A stretch of DNA of 56,202 nt, filler included, from Blastocystis sp. subtype 4 (taxonomy: Eukaryota): the NCBI RefSeq assembly GCF_000743755.1. It is 2 parts of 2 records of this genome, joined end to end, with 100 filler letters (N's around TTAATTAATTAA, not from the genome) between each part and the next. Parts side by side here need not be neighbours in the genome. Positions count along the whole stretch, not along the records: positions 1 to 28,056 come from NW_014569413.1; 1 more part is not named here. One strand, 5' to 3'. The notes below the pieces were generated by a model. The model did not search any database, was not told the origin of the DNA, and saw nothing but the letters and a program-made list of their open reading frames with translations. Shown here in pieces: positions 1 to 12,400 of this stretch; position 1 is the first letter of the stretch; each line of letters opens with the position of its first letter. Position numbers and translations under genes: made by a program.

Positions 1-111
1 ATTATTCTATTCTATTCTCTTTCTTCTTTTATCTCCTTCTCATCTTCATTTGATTAATATATATCGAATCATATCCATTTGAACAAACATAGAATCAATC
101 ACTATCAGTCA

Positions 112-1841
112 TCACTGGAAGTAATATTCTTCTAACCGAAAGGCCACCCAAAGTAATGTCCCATTTGGAGCAGTTCTGATAACATTATTTACGAATCGTT
201 GTTGATGTCTATGATTACACACGAATCTATCCCTTACGCTGAAATTGGAGGAATAAAGACATATCCAAATGGACATGGATTTAACGAAATAGTTGCCTCT
301 TCTGTATAACTCACATTATGGAGTCGAGGGATACTCAGTTGAGGATGCGACAAATATCCTCCAATGATGAAATCTGTCTTGTTCACAGCACTACGACAGA
401 GAATACGGTGAGTCTCTTTACACAAGGTTACCGTCCACCGTCCACTTCCTGTATCGACAGCAACACACAACTCCTTGATTTCCTCATGAAGTTGGCTGAT
501 CTACAGTCTCACTCAAAGCTATTCTTTACATTCAAGGAAGGACTCCAGGTCCAAATATGACTCTTCATCTGTTCTTCATCAATGTAATCAGTAGCAAGGG
601 TATTTACTCCTAATTCATACAGACCACGTATATTGTTAGCATAGATGTTCACTGGAGAAGCGATTGGTAAGAAATCCTTGCTCAAAGGACCATATCGAAG
701 TTGATTGGTAACTACTCGAGAATAGGTCAAGAAATCCTTGAGATCAGTTCTTACTTCTCCATTAGAATAACACACATTATCAATGTCATACTCCTGCCAT
801 CTGCGTGAAGGATTTCAATGGATATAAACAAAGGATATTGACAAGTTTGTGGTGTGTTTGTATAGAAGAACAAAGAATCTCCTCCAGGAAACACACGACG
901 AGATACAACCATCACACGTTTGTTAACAGCAATCAATTTTTGCAAATTCAATTCATCAAATGGAAGAATAAGGAGTGAGTCGAGAACCGAGACAAATTCC
1001 ATAATCAGATCATCCACTTTGTTCCATCGAATCAAATTAGAACTGGTGTCCAAGTATATAATCACAATTTCATCTCGATTACGAGGAAGATTTAACCATG
1101 TAGCAATCTCTTCTAATACAGGTCGAAGTAATAATTGGTCTTCTGAAGGAATTCCATTAAATGAAGGGAGACAGCCAATTGTCTCCGTATCATAGTGAAA
1201 GTTGAACCATTGAAACATCTTTTCCATGAAATAAAACAGATAATTGATAACTCCAACAGAGAATCCACAGTGAGAAATACGCAGTTGTCCATGAAAGAAG
1301 TGAACATCTAATTCGATATGGCGGACACCTAAATTCAACTGATCTGTGATGGAATAGTATTGAGACATGGTACGCACTTCATTGAATTGGAGATAAGAAG
1401 CGGAGAGAGCCATTGAATAGAAACGATCTTCAACTCCAAATCCATAAGCTGCTGTAATCGCTGAATTATGAGTTCCAACAGATTGATGATCGCAAAATGA
1501 ACCCAGAGAAGATAAAGATGATTGCGTTCTAGATGCAAAGGATAGCCAATCGGACACAACAACACTCCCTGGTCGACATATCACACTGCAATAATTGGTT
1601 CTAGCACAGTAGATACTGTGAGTGCAATTCGTTTGGGCTTGATATAATGGGGTGAAGAGTCTATGATAAATGATGAGAAGAATTTTCACATAACGTTCAA
1701 AACCAAGTTAAAAAACTGTTCGTGTAGTGGAATACCACAAATGAACATCAACTGTTGAAATAGATTCCCTCTCCTCACGACAGACGATAACGATAATGAA
1801 TAACCATATCCAAGTACAAGGAGCAGGAATAAGTATTTCAT
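112..1841 (-). CDS. Secreted PI-PLC X-domain / PLC-like phosphodiesterase (spliced)
   Basis: Starts MKYLFLLLVLGYGYS (signal-like); GTHNS and TDQLNLGVRHIELDVH motifs in ORF 751..1689; ~29-nt GT-AG introns join it to ORFs 509..775 and 234..470; TGA at 112-114; TGTTTGTT at 89..82. Confidence 0.8.
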
Positions 1842-2095
1842 GAGAAGAGTATATTCTGTCAAGATGTAAACGAAGAAGAATGATAGAATTTGCCAAGAGA
1901 AAGAAATCAGATCATGAAAACGGAGGCATTGGTTTCAAACGAAACTCGTTTGAATTGGATGAGAAATGGTAGGAATAAGAATTGAAATGAAAAGTGGTAT
2001 TGTTCAAATCGATCCGATTTTTATTTCATATTGGAATTTCTCAGTTCTATTAACTGTTCTTTTATCATTGTTATTCCATCTTTATTGAACCCATT

Positions 2096-4904
2096 ATGAG
2101 TGGTTATTCCGGATGGATGCCGGCATCGCACTCTTCTTCTTATGAAGTCGTTTCTCGATTCAATAATCATGTTTAGGGATCATCGTTTGGAAATCAGAAT
2201 CTTTCTCGGTAATTGGTCTTTAGGTATTTGAATGTAGCCATCCTTCTTCGCCCGTGCATAGTCGGATTAACTCTGATCTCTTTGAAAGGCGAAGCATGCT
2301 ATATCCTCCTTCAACTGTTCGCACTCAGCCGCCTATACGCCCTCCTGGATTTTCCAAACGTTCTACAGACTGTTCTATTTACCGTAATCTTCCGTCGAAT
2401 CGCTCGAATTCATCTATTTCTGATATGCGTTTAGAAGATGATATTCGGTTTTGATTTCAGTGTTTCTGTGATTTTATAGACGATTTAATTCTTCTCATTA
2501 TCAGTCAGAGGAATTTCAAGAAGAAACTCCAACCAACTTAATGGATTATCAGCAATTTGATCAACTTCACTTCTTACCTGCAAATGGACAAAAACCTCCG
2601 GACGATCTCCCCACTTTCCTTCGTTCTGAGCCAGCCCCTAGGCCAAATACTCCTGCAAAGTCACTGTAACTTGTTTCTTGAGTTGCTGACGTAGACTACC
2701 TAATGACATCTCTCAATCGGGAGTGGATTCTGGTCATCTAAGTTTCAGTGATATCAGTGATTCTCCTTCTCAGTCATTTAGCGAATCTACAGTGTATATT
2801 TCCACCTCTTCGCGAGCATCATCAACAATGACTACACCAACTCGTGTTCATCGGTTATCTGATGAGGAAAAGCGAATTCTTGACTTTTATAGCCAATCTC
2901 CCGGTCACTCCGGGAAATCCTCTGTTTCTTCATCTCCATCTCGTATTAGCCAGTCACCAACACGTTCTCTCCAACGAGAGATTTATGATAAGGCTAATGA
3001 GTTCAAACAACAGGGAAATTCACTCTATGAGAAGAAGGATTATGAAGGAGCCTTAGAGAAGTACACACTAGCAATGGGTTACGTTCCATCCGATCCTATT
3101 CTGTTTAGCAATCGTGCTGCTTGTTTGTTAAGTATGGGTAAGCCACACCGTGCATTGAAGGATTCATTGCGTGTGATTCAGTTGAATCCTTCCTTTCCAC
3201 GAGGATACATGCGATGTGGTAAGTGTTATATGTTGATTGGTGAGTTGGCTAAGTAACCTCTGAATGTGTTTGTGAGAAATAGAGCACGAGAAATGTATAC
3301 TCAGGGTTTGGAAATCTGTCAAAGACAACCAAAAGAACGAGAGAGATCTAATGAATGCTTGAAACAAGTGAATGAAGTGGATTCTAGAAATGATAAGTCA
3401 TTTATAGATCAAGGATATGGAAAACCGATTAAGCTCACTTCCAGCCACACCTACCTCAATTCAAGAGGTTCAAACGATCATTCGAACTCTCTTGTCAATC
3501 AAAGATCACTGTACAAATTGGCGTGATTTGTATCTCCGTCTCATTCATTCATATCTTCTTATTCACGATCTAAACAGTGCTTCAATCGTTCTTTCCCGTG
3601 TAATGCCCAATTTACTTTCAGCACTCACTCACTCATCATCTTCTTCCAATTATCCCTTCATGATTGCTGCTTGGGATGCAGAGAAACTCGATCTCTTCAA
3701 TAATGATGTTTCTGCTGTTGATGTTCAACTCATTGCCCTCTGGCAACAATTATTTGTCATGCAATGTCTCCCTGAACGTGCTGTTGCCTTGTGGGAACTA
3801 TGTTTGAAAGAACCACGGTTTCGAGATTGGCGAACAGCAGATGAATTAGTAAAACCATTCGAATTTCTGTCATCATGGATCGTATGACATTCATTCTAAA
3901 TTACACTTTAGCATGAACACGAGAGTGCTCTTGGGAGTTTCAGACAACATGATTACAATTCATGTCTTCTTCATAACTCCCGATGTATCGATTTGTGTTC
4001 TCAATTTGCCTCTCAACATGGTGACTCCACAGTCGAAGTCATATCAGTGCATCATCATCGCTTCTCATCATGTCTTGAGAATATTGTCTGTGATAACATC
4101 CTTGCCGATTGTTACTTACTGGGAGCCCGTTGCTTCTTTCGCTGTGAGCGATACAATGAAGTGATTGTAGAATGTGACAAGGCATTGAATCTGAATGGAA
4201 CTCTTTATGAAGTGATCAAGAAACGAGGAGAAGCCTATTGCTTGCTGCATTTGTATGAGAAGGTATAGATTGAAGACAATAATAAGGTTTAGGGTCTAGC
4301 CGATTTTCGGGCGTATTTGACGTATCAGCCAAATGACCGTAAGATTGTGGATGCCTATTCATATTACTATAAGAAATCGTATTTCTATCAACATATTCTG
4401 ATAAGTAGAGAGAAATCGCGTGAGAAAGAACAATCTGTTCACAAAGAATCTCCTTTCAATTCCTTTTTCTCTTTCTCGCAGCCTCAGTCATGGTCTGCTT
4501 CCTCTTCAGAATACCGGGGTATGAATCGATCCTACAGTGAAGCAAAATCGGAGCAACATGAATCTCCATTCAAATCAAAACGAGCTAAGGACACTACATT
4601 TCCTCAAACTCGACTGCCAACTGTATCCTCACGAATTATACCAGATAGTGTGAATTTTGTTTTATCTTCACTTATAGACTATTATACACTACTAGAAGTA
4701 TCTGTTACAGCTTCTGATAAGGAGATTCGTAAATCCTTTCTCCGACTAGCCTTATTGTATCATCCTGATAAAAATCCCGATCAGAAAGCACAGGTATTAG
4801 AAAATAGCTGCTACTATTCGTAGGAACGCTTTTTGAGAATCAAAGAAGCCTATGAAACTTTAATTGATCCTGTGAAACGGAGGAAGTATGATGTAAGTTT
4901 TTGA
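2096..4904 (+). CDS. TPR-repeat protein with C-terminal J domain (DNAJC7-like co-chaperone), Ser-rich N-terminus
   Basis: TPR signatures ([26 protein letters not shown]) and J domain DYYTLLEV...[10 protein letters not shown]...[18 protein letters not shown]; exons joined by ~30-nt introns; 3' end ambiguous (4904 or 4931). Confidence 0.85.
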
Positions 4905-4989
4905 GTCTCACATTAAGTGAGTTTGTACTCTTCATTGTTTGTTTGAGATTAATGACTTTCTTTATGTGTTCAAGATGCTTCAGTGACTA

Positions 4990-5754
4990 CAAAGCCCTAT
5001 TATCAGTTGATGAAACAAAAATGTGAAGTTGATGTCTGTTGTTCGGGATCCGCTTTTTCTGTCGATGACTGGACTGTAGAATGTTCAAATGGTCTGTTTC
5101 GGGCTTTTCTCTGACTATCAGCATACTCATTCTTTCCATACTTCTTTGTATTCCCGAATGGCCCATATCATTGTCGGAGGCATGTATTTGAATTCATGAC
5201 ATATGAGTTGAATTCGGATCCAATTCTACTTGTTTAGATGGAACGCTGTTCTACTAGTGGAAGATGGATTCCATATCCACGACATATAAATACAAGAGAT
5301 ATGATGACCATATCCATGATGATCAGAAGCATATCAGCATAGTATTTGGTAGTGAGGACATAGTTCTATCTTAGAACACTCTACTTATTCATACAATGTC
5401 ATTTGTCTGGATATTTGCTACCATATCCAGAAGGAGCATGGAGCAGATGAAGACTTGAAGAAAGACAATGAATGAGTAATTGTATCTACATCTCATATGG
5501 TGAATTCAGCTCACGTTGACTTAAATAAATATGCGAGACAACACATGGTTATGATCCCACACATGATGACATTGTACTTTTCATAAATAAAGGTTTGTGT
5601 AAACTTTTCCTCATTTTTCCAATATACTACATACGGCTTTGAGAAGATAGATCCCTGTCTCCTTGAGATTGTTCATAGTTGCTCGAATATTACTCCCCAT
5701 TGAAGGTTGATTTAATGCAGAATAGTGTACTTGTTGTATTGGTTGTCCACTCAT
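4990..5754 (-). CDS. Probable small multi-exon membrane protein, unresolved model
   Basis: Hydrophobic exons (YNVIMCGIITMCCLAYLF; YSFIVFLQVFICSMLLLDMV; YADMLLIIMDMVIISLVF) flanked by 29-nt GT-AG introns; ends could not be fixed. Confidence 0.35.
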
Positions 5755-5837
5755 CCTAAATCAATAGCAAAAAACAGTGATAATGAGACGAAGAAAAGTG
5801 ATAACAAACATCCAGAAAATAGATTACAGCAATGTGA

Positions 5838-6786
5838 TCAAAAGAAAATAGGATGGACATCACTCTTACGGATCGGCTTGGTACATAAAGGACATTTCCA
5901 TTCACAGAAGGGTCTCTACATTTCATCACTGCTGTACTATATTACTCTGAATAGTTGTCTCATGCACTTTGCACAATAGATATGACCACACAAAGTACAC
6001 ACAGGACGAATTGGAGGATCTGTGCAAATTGGACAGCAGTAGGTAGATCTTATTATTAGAGTCATTCAGTTTATCCTACTGGTCACTTCTTGCCTTTGTT
6101 ACAAGACTCTGCCTATCAACATGTTCATCTTCATCGGGTTCATCCAAAATCGTTACAATTTGGTCCTCTGAAGGCGGCTCATCACTTTCATCCATTTCCA
6201 TTTCATCCATCTCCATTTCATCCATCTCCATTTCATCCATTTCGCTATACTCTTCATCATCTTCTTCATCAACTGAACTATCTATCGATAGATCGAGATT
6301 ATGAGTAGATAAATACTCGGCAATATCCTCAGGCGAAAGAGGGCTTGTTGCTGGCCACTGGGTACTCATTATCCATGGGTCTACATAGGAGTAATCTATG
6401 GAGAATAAACATAAACACTCAATACCTTGCGGAATCATCTCTTCGACTATTAAGGCAATATGATCTGGAATAGCAAATTGCAACGGTCTGCTATGAGAAA
6501 TCTCCCTGTTTCCATCTTCTGCTTCACTTTCACTATTATCGTCTGCGAGGTCAATAATTTCCACTTCTTCTCTCCTGTTATGGTTTTCCCCATATGCCCG
6601 TGTAGAAGAAGGAGATACTTGAGAAGTCCTTTCCAATGGTCTTTCATGCTGTCTCATTATACTGGAAGTATCCGGCCGTACATTTTCAATATCTACAGGA
6701 TGTTTACGTGTTGTAGAATGATGATTTACATTAGGCAATGGTTCTCCTTCATTTTGATCACTACTCGGATCTCCAGCAGGACACAT
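5838..6786 (-). CDS. RNF4-like RING E3 ligase with SUMO-interacting motifs
   Basis: SIM-like VEIIDLADD and IVTILDE, acidic tract, then spliced C3HC4 RING CPICTDPPIRPVCTLCGHIYCAKC...WKCPLC ending DVHPIFF-TGA (5838-5840). Confidence 0.75.
6187..6243 (-). repeat. 15-bp coding tandem repeat (EMDEM x ~4)
   Basis: Repeated ttcatccatYtccat units inside the RING gene. Confidence 0.85.
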
Positions 6787-6859
6787 AATAGCTTCCCGAA
6801 AATTAAGGAAGAATCGCTTCAATGAAAGAAACAATTGACAAACAAGGTATCTTGAACAT

Positions 6860-9243
6860 TAAAAATAATGCAATACTGTTAGTGAAATAATCTTGCACGG
6901 ATGCTACACATTACTTCTAACTCCTTGTTTCACTTTTCGAGAGCAGCTCTGTCTATAAAAGAAATCGTTGATGAAAAAGGTTCTGTTGCTTTTATCCTAG
7001 TCACTTGATCCCAGATTCGTAACACACATTTCTGAACCACTACAGAATTTGCGTATATTCCTTTCACAAGTAGGGAAAGACCTTCCTATAGTTGTAAGGC
7101 CAACCAAGTCTGTACATCAAACTTATACAAAGCATTGATAAAATGTAATACATTTGAGTTATCTCGTGTTAGTAATTCCAATGCTGAATAAGTAGCTTCC
7201 AACTCTATCTTCGTAACCAATCTTATTTCCTACCTTGAATGCTCCATTTCTCTTTCCATTTCAATAAAAGGACACTATCATAGATTGTCTGTACACTGAT
7301 TCCTTCCTTCTCAAATCGAGCTGATAATCCTTCATTGCTAGAAGTGGTAGAAGAGAGTTTAGATCGTTGCATTCGATAGCAATACTCCAAATATGGGAAT
7401 TGTTTCGACTCTTTTAATCGTTGTACTCGATTCTCATAAACAGTAAAACGTAATGTGTCGATATGAGGATCCTGAACAATGAGAGATACAATACACTACG
7501 AGAAAGATTTAATAAATGACATACCTCCAAATACAGTTGGATGCGATTGAAGAGCTGAAGCTCATTGTGAGTCTCTAATCGCCACTAGTATTTAGTCGAG
7601 TAATTAGGTATACTGTAGTAATTAGGCGGTAATCTTCATCAACTAGCCGAGATTCTGATATTAGTTCTTGCTACATGAAACACATGATCAACGTATACCG
7701 GAACTCGGGATGAGACAAACATGGATTTCTTATCAATCATATAACATAAGTCAAAAATAGATGGAAAATCGAGAACAGATCCAATACATGTTGAGGCAAT
7801 GAAGAACATATCGGTTTGAGTTGATAATACAAGGTCTTTCATTGAAATGGGATCTGAAATGAGAAGAATATGATGATAAATGTCGTGAATGAAAGGAGCC
7901 ATCAGATTGGCAAGAATGAGAACAAGGTTTTGTAACTATGAATCAATAAGGATCCTAATGAATACTGTTTCCATCGATAGGAGTTGAGATACAAGAATAA
8001 CTTTGTATCCAGAAAAGATGGCATCTTTCTATCAATATCTCTTTCTATCCTACCAAATATCACAAAGAGATCTCTTTCAAAAATCGAGACTAACTGTGAA
8101 ACATCTGATTCATAGGGAAATGTCATCGAAGTAGAACCAATAAGTTGGGAGTAATAGAATGGGATCTTCATTTTTGGAAGCCATTCCACATTGATTTGCA
8201 TTCGATAGCTATCTACGAGTGAGAGGAAGAAATCACACTGACCGAGTGTTGAGTATTTTGGGAAAAACGAATAGGAAAGTTGACGGACACTTGTGAGAAT
8301 CTCTGCTGCTGGTTGTAAAGTGATCGGAAGGTTAGCTTCATTGAGCATGACATAGAGACGACGAGCAACACTGCCACTTTGGACACTCAGTATTCTGAGT
8401 AAGAAAAACTCGACTGCCGAAAATGTGTAGATGGAACTGCTAACGATTCCAATCATTCCATCTCCTTTCGATTTCTTTGAATGAACAATTCACCGAAACA
8501 ATACATAATCAAACGAAACACCTATTCCATAATAGACTTTGGAGAACATTGGAATGACACCTTTTGCTGTATTCAATTGCATACGATCGTGATAAAGGAG
8601 CTGAATCTTCTTATATGCAAGAACAAAGTCATTTAACAGAGTTGAACTCCAGAATTGGAGAAGCAGAGATTCCCTGAAAATTATTCCTCTTTTACATTTT
8701 CACCTTTCTGATATTGCGATTACTGCTGTCTTTGATGATTCACAACATCTCCAATCCGAATTTGGGTTAATCGAACATTGCCAAAGAATCTTATCTTGAC
8801 ACCCATTTTCTAGAATCAATTCCACAAGTGATTAGCACCTGTTGATAACATACCAATATGAATCGAAGCATTGTATAGAAAAGCAATAACTGGAAGAAAT
8901 GAGTTGTTTGACTAAATTCAATAAGTATAGACATGATTACAATCATTTCACTGTGAGCATCACCTTTCTTCTTTCGTTCGACAAGTGCATCAAATAGAGG
9001 AGTCTTTATTTCAACGTTATTAATAGACGACTCAGTTGTTTTCGATACTACAAAACGAATAAACTAATTTCACAAGAATATCAATTCTATTACCGTTGAT
9101 CGCTTTTTCACTCCATGAGGAAAGACAACTGATGGCAAATCTTGTGTCAATAGAGATAAACATTCTTTTGGATAGATTGACTGTAATTTACCGCCAATCT
9201 TTGGCTCATCTGTTACAATAAAAGCACATTCAACAAACTTCAT
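6860..9243 (-). CDS. Large multi-exon protein, N-terminus resembling a uDENN domain
   Basis: Starts MKFVECAFIVTDEPKIGGKLQSIYPKECLSLLTQDLPSVVFPHG; exons include ORFs 7902..8456 and 7639..7902; TGTTTGTC at 6844..6837; domain call tentative. Confidence 0.45.
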
Positions 9244-9402
9244 CTTGCAAACAGAGATCTAGGGATTCCCGTTCGTCTCATAATTGTCCTGCTTTCTGGA
9301 TTCCAGAACCCAGTTTGATTTGGATCACTACTTAATAACTTCAATTCGAAGTTAGAGACTTATTTCATAGTTCCTTCATCATCTATAATTGCCACTGTGG
9401 CC

Positions 9403-12400
9403 ATGGAACATTTCTCTCTACCTCCTTTACCCCCTAAAGGCATAAGTGAAAACTATGTTAACAGTATTTTACATCGAATTGAATCAGCATTATCTGTACA
9501 AGAAGATGTAGGTTTTGTTTGGTCATACTGACAATCGTAGAGAATTGTGATAAGGGATAACGTATCTCTTGAGAGAGCTATCTCGCATCCCCTTTCTATT
9601 AGTAAATCCTTTTGGTTTGGTAACTTCCCTCCTTATATGGGTGCACTTGCTCAAAAGGTGATAGAAGATAGGCAGTCTCCTCTTGCTTCTCTTCTATCAG
9701 ATTCAGTTGTTTCCAAATTGTGGAATCAGTCAATTAGTTTCATACTGTAGTCAGTCAGAGTCAGGAAGAATTAACCATGTTACAGCGATGATCTGTACTC
9801 TTGCTGAAGGGGAGTTGCATGACGAAGATGCTTTCTTTCTCTTCTATGTCCTGTTTCTTGTGTTCGTTAATATGGATACGTTCAGAGACAATTACATTTA
9901 CTATCGTATTTTATGAATCCTGAATTGAGTTGTAGCGCGAAAACCAAAGTTGAACTTCCAAACTCTCCTCGATGCTGATTTTCTTCCTCTTGATCATCCG
10001 ATGCGTCAATTGCTATCCAAACTAAATGAAATTAGCAAATCGTATGAAGATCATTTTGAGGAACAAAACACAATGGATTGGGATATAATTTTCTCTTCTC
10101 TTCTAACTCGAATCACAGCGTTTTTCCTCTCTACATTTGTGATCTGTAGTATGGCCATTTACTGTTCGTCCAAGCAGCATCCATCCCCTTCAATTGGTAT
10201 TTCAGATTCTTCTATTGTCCTTCAACTCATCTTCTTAAGTCTTCAAACCGTATTCCAAATAGATTTGATCATATTCAGGTTACTCAGGACCAGAAGCGAG
10301 GTACTCGAACTCCCTTCAATCTCGTATATATCTATTGTCTCCTCACCCTTCTTTCTGTGAATATTCCTCGTTGTTCTGGATTGGATGTAGGAAAGATTGA
10401 TGAAGAAGCTCTCTTTCGCCTCACTGTAGCAACAGACTAGACATCTTACTAATAGAAGCCGAAAGATGGATCATTCTTGCGTCATGTATTATTCGTCACC
10501 AGCCAACTCCTTTATGGCACACTTCCTGATGGATTCTATCCAGAAAAAGCGGCAACAAATGAATCAAAAATCACTTCTCAAGTTCGATGTGCATGTATTG
10601 GATTGTGGGAATCATGTTTTCCGTTCTTTTTCAAATCAAATAATATGTTTGATTCATTGGAGGCATTTCTGCGTGTTGAGAATGACATGATTCAAACGAG
10701 TTCTTATCCATTCTGGTTAAATCTTCTAATCAACCGTGCTTCACGATACATTTCACAGTCTTTAGGAGTCTTATTGCGTTATGATGTGAAAGATATCATG
10801 AGAACACGATCTGATGGTGATAGTGGAACAGGGACTCCTATCAGTGATGATCAGGCTAAAGGAATCACCCGTTTTCTTTTGAAGCAACATGATCATCGTT
10901 GCATTTATGTGATTGTGACACTGGGATATTATTACTAGATTCAGGAACTACTAATGCGGATGGCTTCCTATTTACAAACGAATCTAGAAATAGTGTTTGA
11001 TCATGGGATTCAAGAAGGGGAAATACATTGTCAGATTCGACGTCAAGCCTTCAGTCAATGTGGAATAGTCTACAGTGAACGAGGCCGTTATCATCGATCT
11101 GAAGAACGAGATATGATGAAACGTCATTTGTTTCTTGATATTTATGTGATTACTGATGAATTGAATGAGTGATAGCGGATTATGCTTGCGGGATATCGAG
11201 AGAGTCTTCAGATGATCACAGGCACTCAGCGACCTCTCCGAATTGATGCCAATCCACAAATTGGTATTCAGTATACAAAGGAGCTCACAGTAGTAATACC
11301 TCATGCAGAGAATGGTCTCTTAACATCTTGTTCTATCTGGTCTGAAGAGGTTTGTATCATTGTCTGGAGTCATCACTAGCCAATCTCTCCTACAGATGGT
11401 CTAATCCATTTTCATCTCTCCATTCATCGAAAATATCCCACAGATGATCTTGATTTACACTTTGGATTTGCTCCCAACACGAATGTACAGTTTACTGAAG
11501 CACAAGACGTTTATGAGTTCAACGTACAGACGAATCGTTTCTATCACTCAGGTACTCCTCTCTCTTTGCCCATAAATACATTCTGTAACTGTTATTTTGA
11601 TGAAGAGACGATGAATTGTGATATATTTGTTGATTTGATGGCTGGATACTTTTGGGTGATGAATGATCGAAATGAGATTGTGAACTATGTGCTTGATTCG
11701 GTACCACATACTTCAATGTTCTTTGGTCTAACTTGTTCCTTCCAGAACCTTGATCATATCACTCTTCAAGTAGTCACATCGAAAGTAATCAATCCAGAGA
11801 ATACGGCACAGTACATCACAGTTATGACACATCATCTCTGTCAGATATTACGACAAGAGCGAATGACCTATCGATCATTTAGTGAAGTTGTATCTGATCG
11901 GAATGAGTTACAAGTTCGTATGTATGGAAAGAAAGCTCGTTATATCATTTGCTTCTATTGTATCCTCTCTCTTATTCGGATAGCAAAGTGTTCCGTTTTA
12001 CCTCTACCAATGACTCTAACGGAGGAACTCCTAAGAGACTATTCTGAGCGACAACATATTTGTGATGTGTATCCTGCGCTATTCAAGGAGAATTTAGGTA
12101 TTCATAATGAATTGAAGTGATGAATAGAACAGTTTGTGAGTGGCCATTATATTGTGAAGTGTTGTCATGAAGTAGCCTCTAAAGCCCGTCCATCACTAAC
12201 ACATAATTTATCGTTGATAGTTCTTCAAATCCTCAAAGAGACAGTGATTGTTGAGACGAATAATGGTGATGTCTTTAAAGGCAGATTCTGCTCAGATTAC
12301 CTTCAGCTGATGTCTAAGAAGCTTTCTTGTATGTTGATTCTTATGCGCTCTGGTTGTGGTCTGCGTGGAGGATTCTTTGGTTTCTGTTCTCATCAACTCC

